Origin: Ferrimonas sp.
GTDB taxonomy: Bacteria; Pseudomonadota; Gammaproteobacteria; Enterobacterales; Shewanellaceae
Direction of reading: 5' to 3'
Length of the DNA: 64,000 bases
Assembly: GCF_048263965.1 (NCBI RefSeq)
Contig: NZ_JBLXDO010000017.1
Span: 7,223-71,222 of the forward strand
Shown: in pieces, positions 44,599-55,543 of the stretch
Layout: every line of letters starts with the position of its first letter
How positions within the stretch are numbered: the first letter of the stretch is position 1
Made by a program: the position numbers and the translations under genes
The notes under the pieces: model-generated
Seen by the model: only the letters and a program-made list of their open reading frames with translations
Database searches by the model: none
What the model was told of the DNA's origin: nothing

Positions 44599-46515
44599 GT
44601 GCAAAAGTTTCAATGGCTGAACCGCTGGTTGGGTGCAGACTCACTGACAAAGCGGCACAGCTACCTGCTGTTATCCGCCTGCTTTATTCTCTTCGGGGCT
44701 GCGGTCGCCCTGCTCTCCTCCTTTATCCATTATCGCATGCAGTCCACCAGCATCGAGGCCTCCATTCACCAGAGGTACAATCAGCTTAGGGAACAGAAGC
44801 TGGAGATGCTGCAGGGGCGTGTTCAGGAGCTGAACGGACTGGTTCTTGCCCTGGCTGAAAACCCGTTGATGACCGAGTATCTGGTGGCCCCTACACCGGA
44901 ACGCCTGGAGGCGTTGCAGTACCTGTTCAGCCTGGTGGCTCGTTCTCACGGGGAGCTGATGCAGGTGCGTTACCTCGATCGTTCCGGCATGGAGCGGGTG
45001 CGGGTGGACCGGGCCCGGGGGGGCGGTGAGCCTCAGGTGGTGACTGACGCCCTACTGCAGGACAAAAGCCACAGATACTACTTTAAAGAGACTCAGGATC
45101 TGGCTGCCCAGCAGTTCTGGCACTCCCGGCTGGATCTGAATCGTGAGCGTGGACAGCTTGAGCGCCCCATCCGCCCGACCCTGAGGGTGGCCACACCGGT
45201 CTACCTGGGCAATTACTTTGCTGGCATCGTCATTCTCAATACCGAGGCTCAGGCGACCCTGGACTCCCTGAGCCGGGCTCCGGAGTTTGATCTGTACCTG
45301 GTGGATGGGGATGGTGAGGTGCTGGTCAACCCCAACCCCAAGCTCTCCTGGAGCCGGTACCTGGACAACAGGCCCTCCATCAGGGAGCTGCTCCCGGAAC
45401 GCTGGGAGAGCGCCGAAGGGCTGTACCGGTTCAGCATCAATTCTCTGATTCAGAACGGGGAGTCACTGGAGCTGGTGGTGGTCCCCAGAGAGGACGCCCT
45501 CAGCGAGCTGATGCACGCCAATACCCTGGCGGCAATGCTGATCGCAGCCAGCGTGATTCTTCTCTCATTCCCCCTGGCCTGGCTGGCGGCGGTGATTCCG
45601 GCGGGGTTGCAGCAGCGGCTGCAGGATGCCCTGGCAAAACTGCGCAGCAGCAGAGAAACCCTGGATACCCACGTGATCTCCAGCAGTACAGACCACGAGG
45701 GGCGCATTACCCATGTGAGCGGAGCCCTGTGCCAGGTCTCCGGCTACAAACCCTGGGAGCTGCTTGGGCGAACCCATGAACGGCTTCGCCACCCTGACGC
45801 CCCCCAGAGCCTGTATGACGAGATCCACTCTGTGGTCAGCCGGGGTAGCAGCTGGCGCGGTGAACTGATGCAGCTCAGCCGACAGGGAGAGACCTACTGG
45901 GTTAATACGGTGATCACCCCGGATCTGGATAAGGAGGGGGAGGTGGCCGGTTACACCGAGGTGTCTGTGGATGTGACCGATCGCAAGGCCCTGGAGAAGA
46001 TGTCGGTCACCGATGACCTCACCAATGTGGCCAACCGTCGTCGCCTGGATCAACTGCTGGAGGAGGAGATGGAGCGTTACCTGAGGTATCGTCAGTTCTT
46101 CTCGGTGATCCTGCTGGATCTGGACAGGTTTAAGGCGATCAACGACACCGAGGGGCACCAGGCAGGCGATGCGGTACTGTCTCAGGTGGCCCAGTGCCTT
46201 AAGGATAATCTGCGTAAGGTGGATCATCTGGGGCGCTGGGGCGGCGAGGAGTTTCTGGTGATCTGCTCTGGCACCGAGGAGTCTGGAGCGGCTCAGCTGG
46301 CCGAAAAACTCAGGGTTAAGGTTGCCGAGCTTCCCCAGCCCGTAGGGCGTAGCGTGACCGTGAGTCTGGGCGTCGCCCAGGCGAGGCCGGGAGAGAAACT
46401 CAATCAGCTGATCAGCCGCGTGGATGCGGCGCTTTACCGCTCCAAGCACGGAGGGCGCAACAGGGTGACCCGTTCCCAGGGACAGTTTGAAGAGGATTCT
46501 CAGACTCTGGGATAA
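44599..46515 (+). CDS. Membrane sensor diguanylate cyclase (periplasmic Cache-like, PAS, GGDEF)
   Basis: Two TM segments around a sensor domain, PAS/PAC, GRWGGEEF with RKVD I-site; GTG start inferred. Confidence 0.9.
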   Translation: MQKFQWLNRWLGADSLTKRHSYLLLSACFILFGAAVALLSSFIHYRMQSTSIEASIHQRYNQLREQKLEMLQGRVQELNGLVLALAENPLMTEYLVAPTPERLEALQYLFSLVARSHGELMQVRYLDRSGMERVRVDRARGGGEPQVVTDALLQDKSHRYYFKETQDLAAQQFWHSRLDLNRERGQLERPIRPTLRVATPVYLGNYFAGIVILNTEAQATLDSLSRAPEFDLYLVDGDGEVLVNPNPKLSWSRYLDNRPSIRELLPERWESAEGLYRFSINSLIQNGESLELVVVPREDALSELMHANTLAAMLIAASVILLSFPLAWLAAVIPAGLQQRLQDALAKLRSSRETLDTHVISSSTDHEGRITHVSGALCQVSGYKPWELLGRTHERLRHPDAPQSLYDEIHSVVSRGSSWRGELMQLSRQGETYWVNTVITPDLDKEGEVAGYTEVSVDVTDRKALEKMSVTDDLTNVANRRRLDQLLEEEMERYLRYRQFFSVILLDLDRFKAINDTEGHQAGDAVLSQVAQCLKDNLRKVDHLGRWGGEEFLVICSGTEESGAAQLAEKLRVKVAELPQPVGRSVTVSLGVAQARPGEKLNQLISRVDAALYRSKHGGRNRVTRSQGQFEEDSQTLG

Positions 46516-46584
46516 GTGTCCTATCTCACAGACTTCCTGGGACTAAACCGCTAAGGTGAAGCGGTTTTTTCTCGGGAGGCAGAT

Positions 46585-46797
46585 GTGACCAATCTGATTA
46601 TCGGCATCGTCGCTGTGGCGGCGTTGGTGATCCTATTTTTAAAGTTCAGGCCCAAACCCCAGCCGACCCCTGTGGTGGTAGTGCCTGACAAGGCGAGCAA
46701 GCGGGACAGGCCTTGCCCCAGGTGTCAGTACACCCTGGGCTATAAGCCTGCGCCCTGCAGAAAGTGCCGCATCTACCCCCAGCCCGATCAGGCCTGA
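46585..46797 (+). CDS. Small membrane-anchored protein with two CxxC pairs
   Basis: RBS GGGAGG, GTG start, N-terminal TM, CPRC...CRKC. Confidence 0.55.
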   Translation: MTNLIIGIVAVAALVILFLKFRPKPQPTPVVVVPDKASKRDRPCPRCQYTLGYKPAPCRKCRIYPQPDQA

Positions 46798-47407
46798 TCA
46801 GCTCAGCGCCCCTGTCAGGCCCACCAGGGCAAACCCGGCCACCAGGGCAACCACTGCACAGTCATGGGCCCGGGACGGATGTCGCTGCCGGGGGTGATCA
46901 GTCGCCCTATGAGTGCGGCGACCAGCAGCAGCCCTATCTGGGTGATCAGCGAGGGAAACAGCAGCAGGGTACTGGCGCTGAGGATGCAGAGCCAGCGGTG
47001 CAATGCCCCCCGGCAGAAGCTGGTAAACATCCCCAGTACCGCGTCGGCCACCACCACCACTGCCAGCAGTTTGAGCCCGTGGATGATCCCCTGAGCCCAC
47101 GCCTGATGGAGGTAACTGAGGCTGAACGAGGCCAGAAGTATCATCAGGATCACCGAGGGCAGGGTAAAGCCGATGAAGGCGGCAATGGCGCCGCCGAGGC
47201 CGCCACGTTTGTGCCCCAGGGCAAAACCCAACTGGCTGGAGCCTGAGCCTGGCAGGAACTGGGTGAGGGCGATAAGCCGGGCAAACTCCTCGTCGCTTAC
47301 CCAGCCTCTCTGCTGTACCAAGGCGCGGCGAAAGTAACCAATGTGGGCCGCAGGGCCGCCAAAGCTGACGCATCCCAGCATCAAAAATGTTTTAAAATAT
47401 CGAACAT
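46798..47407 (-). pseudogene. chrA: Chromate transporter chrA, frameshifted and internally truncated
   Basis: FGGPAAHIG and QFLPGSGSSQ of domain 1; ATG at 47407 out of frame by 1 nt in a T-run; second CHR domain absent. Confidence 0.7.
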
Positions 47408-47499
47408 AGTGATTTCAGCTTGGAAAGGCTGGTCTGTTGTTACGCCATCTCTGTGACACTTCGGTGACAATGTGCAGAGTTTTACTTATTTCCCAGGAT

Positions 47500-47524
47500 A
47501 AAAAAGACCCCGCCAGGCGGGGTC
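47500..47524 (-). terminator. acs terminator
   Basis: AAAAAA-GACCCCGC-CAG-GCGGGGTC. Confidence 0.85.
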
Positions 47525-47555
47525 GGAAGGTCACAAAACAGAGAGTGTAACGGGC

Positions 47556-49511
47556 TTAGCCCTCGCTGCGGTTGAGACGGGTCTCGATCAGGTCGTCGAT
47601 CACCGTTGGATCCGCCAGGGTGGAGGCATCACCCAGGGCACCCACCTCATTGGCGGCGATTTTGCGCAGGAAGCGGCGCATGATCTTGCCGGAGCGGGTT
47701 TTTGGCAGGCCGGGAGCCCATTGAATCAGGTCCGGGGTGGCCAGGGCACCAATCTCTGAACGAACCCACTGACGTAGAGTTTGTCGCAGGGCTTCGGTCT
47801 CCTCGGTACCCTTGGTCAGGGTGACGTAGGCGTAGATCCCCTGGCCCTTGATGTCGTGGGGATAACCCACCACCGCGGCTTCAGCCACCTCAGGGTGTGC
47901 CACCAGGGCACTTTCAATCTCGGCGGTACCCAATCGGTGACCGGACACATTAATCACGTCGTCCACACGGCCGGTGATCCAGTAGTAGCCATCCTCGTCG
48001 CGACGGGCACCGTCACCGGTGAAGTACATGCCACGGAAGGTCTTGAAGTAGGTGAGCACAAAGCGGTCGTGATCACCGTAGACGCTGCGCATCTGACCAG
48101 GCCAGGAGTCCAGCAGCACCAGGTTGCCTTCGCCGGGGCCGTCGATCAGGTTGCCCATGTTGTCCACCAGGGCAGGTTGCACACCGAAGAAGGGGCGGGT
48201 GGCACTGCCGGGCTTCAGATCCGTGGCGCCGGGCAGCGGGGTAATCAGAATGCCGCCGGTTTCGGTCTGCCACCAGGTGTCGACAATGGGGTTGCGCTCT
48301 TTGCCGATGACGTCGTAGTACCAGCGCCAGGCTTCCGGATTGATGGGCTCGCCCACAGAACCAAGGATGCGCAGGCTGCTGCCGTCGAAATCGCTGAAGT
48401 GCTCCTCTCCCTCGGCCATCAGGGCCCGGATCAGGGTGGGGGCGGTATAGCAGATGTTCACCTTGTGACGATCGATGATCTCCCCCATCCGTTTGGGCGT
48501 GGGCCAGTTGGGCACCCCTTCGTGCATCAGCAGGGTGGCGCCATTGGCCAGGGGACCGTAGACCATGTAGGAGTGGCCGGTGATCCAGCCCACGTCGGCG
48601 GTACACCAGTAGATCTCGCCGTCACGGTAGTCGAAGACATACTCGTGGGTCATGGAGGCGTACACCATGTAGCCACCCGTGGTGTGCAGCACCCCTTTGG
48701 GGGTGCCGGTGGAGCCGGAGGTGTAGAGGATAAACAGGGGATCCTCGGCATTCATCTCCGCGGCTTCGCAGTAGGGGGAACTGACGGACATCAGGTCGTG
48801 CCACCAGATGTCGCGGTTCTCCTGCCACTGAATCTCGCCACCGGTGCGCTGCAGGACGATAACCCGCTCAACCGTGGTGACGTCCGGATTTTCCAGGGCG
48901 GCGTCGACATTGCCCTTCAGGGGAATGATGCGGCCGCCACGGACGCCCTGGTCGGCGGTGATCACCACCTTGGACTTGCCGTCGATGATGCGGCTGGCGA
49001 TGGAGTCGGGTGAAAAGCCCCCGAAGATCACCGAGTGGATGGCGCCGATGCGGGCACAGGCCAGCATGGCTACCGCGGCTTCGGGCACCATGGGCATGTA
49101 GATGGTCACCACATCGCCTCGCTGGACGCCCTGACCGCGCAGGGCATTGGCAAAGGCACACACCTTCTCATGCAGTTGGCGGTAGGTGAGCGTCAACTGG
49201 TCCTTGTCGTCGTCCCCCTCCCAGATGATGGCGGGCTGGTCGCCGCGGGTTTCCAGGTGGCGGTCCAAGCAGTTGTAGGAAGCGTTCAGGGTGCCGTCAT
49301 AGAACCACTTGATGTAGAGGTTGTGGTCATCGAAGGAGACCTTGCGGATCTTGGTGTAGTCCTTGAACCAGGTAATGCGCTGGCCATGCTCTCGCCAGAA
49401 CCCTTCAGGGTTTACCACGGACTCCTGGTACATGCGACGATACTGTTCGTCATTGAGTTTCGCCGAGGCGGCGAGTTCGGCATTCACCGGATAGAGAGAC
49501 TGCGTGCTCAT
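47556..49511 (-). CDS. acs: Acetyl-CoA synthetase
   Basis: [47 protein letters not shown]. Confidence 0.97.
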   Translation of the reverse strand: MSTQSLYPVNAELAASAKLNDEQYRRMYQESVVNPEGFWREHGQRITWFKDYTKIRKVSFDDHNLYIKWFYDGTLNASYNCLDRHLETRGDQPAIIWEGDDDKDQLTLTYRQLHEKVCAFANALRGQGVQRGDVVTIYMPMVPEAAVAMLACARIGAIHSVIFGGFSPDSIASRIIDGKSKVVITADQGVRGGRIIPLKGNVDAALENPDVTTVERVIVLQRTGGEIQWQENRDIWWHDLMSVSSPYCEAAEMNAEDPLFILYTSGSTGTPKGVLHTTGGYMVYASMTHEYVFDYRDGEIYWCTADVGWITGHSYMVYGPLANGATLLMHEGVPNWPTPKRMGEIIDRHKVNICYTAPTLIRALMAEGEEHFSDFDGSSLRILGSVGEPINPEAWRWYYDVIGKERNPIVDTWWQTETGGILITPLPGATDLKPGSATRPFFGVQPALVDNMGNLIDGPGEGNLVLLDSWPGQMRSVYGDHDRFVLTYFKTFRGMYFTGDGARRDEDGYYWITGRVDDVINVSGHRLGTAEIESALVAHPEVAEAAVVGYPHDIKGQGIYAYVTLTKGTEETEALRQTLRQWVRSEIGALATPDLIQWAPGLPKTRSGKIMRRFLRKIAANEVGALGDASTLADPTVIDDLIETRLNRSEG

Positions 49512-49584
49512 CGAGGAATCCTTCTCTTTATTCAAAATGATGTCTACCCGATAGAGTCTTGCAACTCACCACGGGAGCAACCAT

Positions 49585-49598
49585 TAGACATTGGTCTA
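49585..49598. promoter_or_regulatory. CrbR-type palindrome upstream of acs
   Basis: Perfect TAGAC-ATTG-GTCTA, about 75 bp upstream of the acs ATG. Confidence 0.65.
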
Positions 49599-49947
49599 GC
49601 GTGCTTTTAACCATAGCAGTGGCTGGCCGGCGCCGGGGTGAGCCACTGGTGTCAATAAGCGTCTTCACCCTAGATGTCCAAATAAAAACTTAAATAAATA
49701 CAGTGGTTTAATTGGTGTTGGCTCGGTTGGCTCATCAATGACGAATCCGGTGGCTGTTTGGGGCCAATCAGGACCGACCACTTCGGTGGTGCTGTGGTGC
49801 CGGTGTCGGCAGGCCCTCCGGTGTTCCGGGGATCTTCATCAGGGTTCTGTTTCAGGGGAAATGGTTTGAGTCCCATGGCAAGGGAAAATTGTGATTTCAT
49901 CTGGGTTGCTGGCATCATAAGGGCATAATTACTAAACAGTTACGCCT

Positions 49948-52900
49948 ATGTCACCCACGCTGCTTATCGGGGTTGCCGCCCTCTGTTACCTGAGTCTGCT
50001 TTTCCTGATCGCCTGGGCAGGGGATCGCTACATTCGTCAGATCCCCAGTCGGGTGAAGCGCTGGGTCTATGGCCTCTCCCTGGCGGTCTACTGTTCCAGC
50101 TGGAGCTTCCTGGGCACCGTGGGTCAGGCCACCACGGATCCCTGGGGTTTTATTCCCATCTATATCGGCCCCATCCTGCTGTTTACCGTGGGCTTTGGGG
50201 TGATACGCAAGCTGGTGACCGTCTCCAAGCAGCAGAACATCACCTCGGTGGCGGATTTTATCGCTGCCCGCTACGGCAAATCCCAGTTGCTGGCAGCTCT
50301 GGTGACCCTGATTGCGGTGTTTGGCGCCATGCCCTACATCGCCCTGCAACTCAAGGCCATGGTGATCAGCTTCAGCCTGTTTCAGCCCAGGACCACCGCC
50401 CTGGAGGGGGACATTCTGGCACTGCTGATCTCCGCCTGTCTGGCGGTGTTTTCCATCCTGTTTGGCACCAGGAAACTGGATGCCACCGAGCACAATCCGG
50501 GCCTGATGCTGGCCATCGCCTTCGAATCCCTGGTGAAGCTGGCGGCCTTTGTCGGTGTGGGGCTGCTGGTGGTGTTTGGCCTGTTTGACGGCCTCGGTGA
50601 CCTTATCGCCCAGTCCAGGGCACAAGGGGTGATCAGCGGCGACAGCCATGCGTTGCAGTTGGAGAAGCTGATGCCGGAAACCCTGCTCTCCATGGCGGCG
50701 TTTCTCTGTTTGCCGAGGATGTTTCATGTGATGGTGGTGGAGTGCGACCACCCCAGGGCAGTGGAGAAGACCCGCTGGCTCTTCCCTCTCTACCTGTTGG
50801 TGTTTGGCATCTTTGTGGTGCCTCTGGCCCTGGCGGGGACCCTGCTGCTGCCCGCCAGTGTGGCACCGGACACCATGGTGATCAGCCTGCCCCTGGCCAC
50901 CGGCCACTTCTGGACCTCGGTGATCGCCCTGCTGGGCACCATCTCTGCCGCCACCGGCATGGTGATCGTGGCGGTGGTGACCATCTCCATCATGGTGTCC
51001 AACGAGTGGTTGGTGCCCCTGTTGTTGCGTTCCGGCAAGATCCGCAGCCAGAACTTTTCCCAGTTCTCCAGCCTGCTGCTCAATGCCCGCCGCATCACCA
51101 TTATCCTGCTGGTGCTGGCGGGACTGGTGGCCTATCAGACCATCACCTCCCAGGAGTCCCTGGCCAGACTGGGAATGCTGGCTTTCGGTGCCTTTGCCCA
51201 GCTGGCGCCCGGCCTCATTGGCGGCCTCTATTGGAAGGGAGGAAACCGCAGTGGTGTGCTCAGCGGCCTGGCTGTGGGCTTTATCCTGTGGTTCTCCGTG
51301 GTGCTGCAGCCTGAACTGGCCCACCAATCCAGCCTGTTCGGGGTGAATCAGGGGGTGGTGGATCTCTTCCTGGCTCTGTTGGCCAACGCCCTGTTCTATG
51401 TTGTCGGCTCCCTGGTGTTCCGTGCCGGGGTGGCGGAGCGGATTCAGACCAGTGCCTTTGTGCAGCTGCCGGAGGAGCGCCGGGTCAGCACTAAGCTGCT
51501 GGGAGTGGTTACCCAGCATGACCTTCTGCTGCTGGCCTCCCGCTTTGTCGGTCCTACCCGGGCCTATCAGAGTTTTTCTGAATTCAGCCCCGGATCGGTG
51601 GACTCCCGCTCCTGGGGTCGCAGTGCCCCGGTGGAGTTGATTGCCCATACCGAGCGTCTGCTTTCCAGTGTATTGGGGGCATCCTCTGCGGACCTGGTGA
51701 TGGACTCGGTGCTGCGGGGGCGGGATCTGGCACTGGACGAGGTGTTCTCCCTGATGGATGAGGCCTCCGCTAAGATTTTGCTGTCACAGGATATGCTTCG
51801 GGGGGCCATCGAGCATGCCTACGAGGGGATGAGTGTGGTGGATCAGGAGCTTAAGCTGGTGGCCTGGAACAACCGCTATCAGGAGTTGTACCACTACCCC
51901 GATGGTTTCCTGCAACTGGGAATGCCGGTGGAGCAGATCATCCGCTTCAATGCCGAGCGCGGTTACTGCGGACCGGGAGAGATTGAGGACCATGTGGCCC
52001 GGCGGGTCTACTTTATGCGTCAGGGCAGCGCCCACAGCTCCGAGCGGCGCCGGGAGGATGGTCGGGTGATCAGCGTCCGCGGTAACCCCATGCCTGGAGG
52101 CGGTTTTGTGATGACCTTTACCGACATCACCGAGTTCCGTCAGCAGGAGACGATGCTGCAGAACATCAACGCCACCCTGGAAGCCAGGGTGGAGGAGCGC
52201 ACCCGAGAACTGGAAGCTCTGAACCAGAAGCTGGTGGTGGCCAAAGAGGCGGAGGAGGAAGCCAACCAGAGTAAGAGCCGATTCCTGGCGGCCATCGGTC
52301 ATGACCTGATGCAGCCTCTGAATGCCGCCAGACTGTTCACCGCGGCACTGGCCCAGCATCAGAAGCTGGATAAGGAGCTGACCGCCACGGTGGAGAACAT
52401 CACCGGTTCTCTGCATACCGCCGGGGATCTGTTGGCGGATCTGCTGGACATCTCCAAGCTGGAGTCCGGTACCATGGAGGTCAACCGTGCCGACGTCAAT
52501 GTGATGGATATCCTCGAGCCCCTGGTGACCGAGTTTTCCGTCCTGGCTCAGAGCAATGGTCAGCGCTTCAGTGCCCATCTGCGTTCGGCCACCATCAACA
52601 CCGATCCCAACCTGATGCGCCGTATTGTCCAGAACTTCCTGACCAACGCCCTGAAATACGCGCCACGGGGGCGGGTGGTGATGGGAACCCGAATCCACAG
52701 CGGCCGCCTGGAGATCCAGGTGTGGGACAACGGTTGCGGCATTGCCGAAGACAAGTTGGATGAGATCTTCTATGAGTTCAAACAGCTGAATCTCCACGCC
52801 AGGGTCGGAGGCATCGGCCTGGGACTGGCCATTGTGGATCGCATCAGCAAGGTGCTGGGCCACCAGCTGCACCTGCGCTCCTCGCTGGGGGAGGGGTCCA

Positions 52901-53373
52901 TGTTCTCGGTGTCTCTGCCCATTAGCGCCTCTCCCGTGCCGGCCAGGCCCAAACCCAAGGCCTTGCCTCAGTCTCCCTTGAAAGGGATCAAGGTGCTCTG
53001 CATCGATAACGAGGCCACCATCCTGGCGGGCCTGGCGACTCTGCTGCAGCGTTGGCAGTGTGATGTGGCTCTGGCAGAGAGCCTGGAGGATGCCCTGATA
53101 GAGATGGGGCTTCAGGGATTCAAGCCGGACGTGATGCTGGCGGATTACCATCTGGACGACAACCGAAATGGCCTGGATGCCATGGATGAGATTCGTCGGC
53201 GCTACGGTGAGCAGGTGCCCGGGGTGCTGATCACCGCCGATACCCGGGAAGAGCTTAAGCAGGAGGTGGCCCAACGAGGCTACAACTACATGGCCAAGAT
53301 GGTGAAGCCCGCCGCCTTAAGGGCCATGGTCTCTTCACTGATTGCGAAAAAGGCGGGTGCAGACCATGATTAG
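49948..53373 (+). CDS. crbS: CrbS-type hybrid histidine kinase (SLC5 symporter, STAC, PAS, HisKA, HATPase, REC)
   Basis: SLAVYCSSWSF and IAARYGKS of SLC5; GHDLMQPLNAA H-box; DNGCG and GLGL; REC CIDNE...LADYHL; divergent from acs. Confidence 0.9.
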   Translation: MSPTLLIGVAALCYLSLLFLIAWAGDRYIRQIPSRVKRWVYGLSLAVYCSSWSFLGTVGQATTDPWGFIPIYIGPILLFTVGFGVIRKLVTVSKQQNITSVADFIAARYGKSQLLAALVTLIAVFGAMPYIALQLKAMVISFSLFQPRTTALEGDILALLISACLAVFSILFGTRKLDATEHNPGLMLAIAFESLVKLAAFVGVGLLVVFGLFDGLGDLIAQSRAQGVISGDSHALQLEKLMPETLLSMAAFLCLPRMFHVMVVECDHPRAVEKTRWLFPLYLLVFGIFVVPLALAGTLLLPASVAPDTMVISLPLATGHFWTSVIALLGTISAATGMVIVAVVTISIMVSNEWLVPLLLRSGKIRSQNFSQFSSLLLNARRITIILLVLAGLVAYQTITSQESLARLGMLAFGAFAQLAPGLIGGLYWKGGNRSGVLSGLAVGFILWFSVVLQPELAHQSSLFGVNQGVVDLFLALLANALFYVVGSLVFRAGVAERIQTSAFVQLPEERRVSTKLLGVVTQHDLLLLASRFVGPTRAYQSFSEFSPGSVDSRSWGRSAPVELIAHTERLLSSVLGASSADLVMDSVLRGRDLALDEVFSLMDEASAKILLSQDMLRGAIEHAYEGMSVVDQELKLVAWNNRYQELYHYPDGFLQLGMPVEQIIRFNAERGYCGPGEIEDHVARRVYFMRQGSAHSSERRREDGRVISVRGNPMPGGGFVMTFTDITEFRQQETMLQNINATLEARVEERTRELEALNQKLVVAKEAEEEANQSKSRFLAAIGHDLMQPLNAARLFTAALAQHQKLDKELTATVENITGSLHTAGDLLADLLDISKLESGTMEVNRADVNVMDILEPLVTEFSVLAQSNGQRFSAHLRSATINTDPNLMRRIVQNFLTNALKYAPRGRVVMGTRIHSGRLEIQVWDNGCGIAEDKLDEIFYEFKQLNLHARVGGIGLGLAIVDRISKVLGHQLHLRSSLGEGSMFSVSLPISASPVPARPKPKALPQSPLKGIKVLCIDNEATILAGLATLLQRWQCDVALAESLEDALIEMGLQGFKPDVMLADYHLDDNRNGLDAMDEIRRRYGEQVPGVLITADTREELKQEVAQRGYNYMAKMVKPAALRAMVSSLIAKKAGADHD

Positions 53374-53399
53374 AATTGTTCAGGCTGGGGTTCAACCCA

Positions 53400-54092
53400 A
53401 TGAGTAAGATGGAAAACTTTGAGACGATCTGGCAACGGGCCGCCGAGCGCAAGGGCGGCGATGACGCCTTGAGGGCCCTGTTGCCTGCACCGGAAGCAAC
53501 GACCTTACCCAGCGATGACAGGCTGCTGTCTGCCATGAGTGCCCAGATCTTCAAGTCGGGCTTTGTCTGGCGGGTGGTAGAGAACAAGTGGCCCGCCTTC
53601 GAGGAGGCGTTCTGGGGGTTTGCGCCCCTTAAACTGGTACTGATGTCGCCGGATCAACTGGACCAGCGAATGCAGAATCCGGCTCTGATCCGTCACGGTA
53701 AGAAGATGCAGGCGGTGCTGGACAACGCCCGCATGGTGGCTGAACTCGCCGAGGAGCATGGCAGTTTTGGTCAATGGCTCAGTCAGTGGCAGAGCCGGGA
53801 AGTGGTGACTCTCTGGGCTGAGCTGAAGAAGCGCGGTGCCCGCCTGGGAGGCAATACCGGCCCCTATTTCCTGAGGGCGGTGGGCATAGACACCTTCCTG
53901 ATGACCGGGGATGTCACCTCCTATCTGCAGGCGCATCAGCTGATCGAGGGCGCTCCCACCAGTAAGCGGGCGCTCACTCAGGCCCAGGCCTGTTTTGACC
54001 AGTGGCAGCAGCAGAGTGGTCTGCCCCTGGCCAGCATCTCCCGGGTGATCTCCTGCTCTGTGGGGGACAACCGCCTGGGGGTGAGCCACTGA
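53400..54092 (+). CDS. DNA-3-methyladenine glycosylase I-like (Tag family) protein
   Basis: IFKSGFVWRVVENKWPAFEEAF, LIRHGKK, ARLGG. Confidence 0.8.
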   Translation: MSKMENFETIWQRAAERKGGDDALRALLPAPEATTLPSDDRLLSAMSAQIFKSGFVWRVVENKWPAFEEAFWGFAPLKLVLMSPDQLDQRMQNPALIRHGKKMQAVLDNARMVAELAEEHGSFGQWLSQWQSREVVTLWAELKKRGARLGGNTGPYFLRAVGIDTFLMTGDVTSYLQAHQLIEGAPTSKRALTQAQACFDQWQQQSGLPLASISRVISCSVGDNRLGVSH

Positions 54093-54135
54093 CGATGGCC
54101 ATTTGGTCTCGATCACGCCACTGAAGGAGAACGCT

Positions 54136-54564
54136 ATGGAGTCTAAAACACCCTGGTATTTCTGGCTGGTGGCGGCTCTGGCGTTGCTGTGGAATGCGGG
54201 CGGTGCCCTGGATTACGTGATGACCCAGACCCGCAACGAGGAGTATATGGCTCAGTTCTCCGAGGCGCAGTTGGCGTTCTTCTACGGATTGCCGGCCTGG
54301 GTGGTGGCCTGCTGGGCGACGGCGGTGTGGGGGGGCGTGCTTGGTGCCCTGCTGCTGCTGTTGCGCCGTGAGGTGGCGGTGCAGGTCTTCCTGGTCTCCT
54401 TTATCGCCATGGTGGCCTCCATGGGACACAACTTTTTGCTGAGCAATGGCCTGGAGGTGATGGGCGCCCCCTTCTCCCTGGTATTCAGCGGAGCGATATT
54501 TGTTATCTCGCTGGGCCTGTATCTGTTTGCGCGCAGGATGACCCGAGCGGGCCTCCTGCGCTAG
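54136..54564 (+). CDS. Hypothetical 4-TM membrane protein
   Basis: RBS AAGGAG; PWYFWLVAALALLWN; hydrophobic. Confidence 0.75.
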   Translation: MESKTPWYFWLVAALALLWNAGGALDYVMTQTRNEEYMAQFSEAQLAFFYGLPAWVVACWATAVWGGVLGALLLLLRREVAVQVFLVSFIAMVASMGHNFLLSNGLEVMGAPFSLVFSGAIFVISLGLYLFARRMTRAGLLR

Positions 54565-54570
54565 CCTGAG

Positions 54571-55401
54571 TTACCTTGTCGGTGTAACCAGTTCCCGAAT
54601 CTGATCGGTGAGGGCATACATGTCAAAGTGCTTCCTGAACTGGTTGGAGGCGCGCAGGAAGAAGCCCAGGGGGTAGGCTTCCAGGGCGCGTTGCTCCACC
54701 TCTTGTGGCAGGCTCCAGGTGGGCAGTACCACAGCCTGTCCCGAGGCTTGAGGCACATCGCCAAGCAGGCTGGCGGATTCACTCTGCAGCCACTGACTCT
54801 CTTCATCGCTCTCCAGGCCACTCTCTTCGATGATTCTTCGGGCCAGACTCTGTTCAAGCATGGTGCTGAACACCACCTTGGAGATGGCGGTGTCATCTTC
54901 TGGGCATACCAGGCTCATCGGGTGCTCTACCAGGATGTCCCTTGCCATGGCTTTCTCCTCGGGCCAGGCAAACCCCAGGGTGAGATCAGACTCGTCGATG
55001 ATAGCGGGCGTCATTACTGAGAAGCGTGAAATGGAGAGGTTGAGGCTGGCGGATTCGGAAATCACCCCGGCTATGGCACTGACCAGATCGTTACGAATGC
55101 CGTCACTGATGGCGATCTTCAAAAACTGCTGCTGATCCAACTTGGCAAACTCGCTCATCATCTCGTCCTGCAGGCGAATCGCCCTCTGGCTGTAGTGAAA
55201 CACCAGTTGCCCCTCGCGGGTCAGTTTCAGCCCAGAGCTCTTCTCCAGCAGCCGTTTGCCGAAGTGTTCCTCGACCTTGCGTACATGTTGAGAGACCGCA
55301 GGTTGGGTCATAAACAGCGAGGCGGCAGCATCGCTGTAGCTGCCTTTGTCAGCGACACAGGCAAAGGTTTTCAGAAACTTGATATCGATAGAGCGATTCA
55401 T
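54571..55401 (-). CDS. LysR family regulator
   Basis: DIKFLKTF...SYSDAAASLFMTQPAVSQHVRKVE...LTREG. Confidence 0.88.
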   Translation of the reverse strand: MNRSIDIKFLKTFACVADKGSYSDAAASLFMTQPAVSQHVRKVEEHFGKRLLEKSSGLKLTREGQLVFHYSQRAIRLQDEMMSEFAKLDQQQFLKIAISDGIRNDLVSAIAGVISESASLNLSISRFSVMTPAIIDESDLTLGFAWPEEKAMARDILVEHPMSLVCPEDDTAISKVVFSTMLEQSLARRIIEESGLESDEESQWLQSESASLLGDVPQASGQAVVLPTWSLPQEVEQRALEAYPLGFFLRASNQFRKHFDMYALTDQIRELVTPTR

Positions 55402-55543
55402 CACAATCCCCAGTCAATGCATCCATTCTTATTCTAAGTAATTGATATATTTTATTATCTTGTCCTTGGGCCTCTCCCGTGCCCACAGGCCAAAAAATTT
55501 ATCTTCTATTTTAGGTTCTTTTCATTTCGGTCGCCTTGTCCCA

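Noticed and set aside
49670-49918. Small ORFs in the acs-crbS intergenic region
   Set aside because: No RBS or recognisable features; more simply a promoter region.
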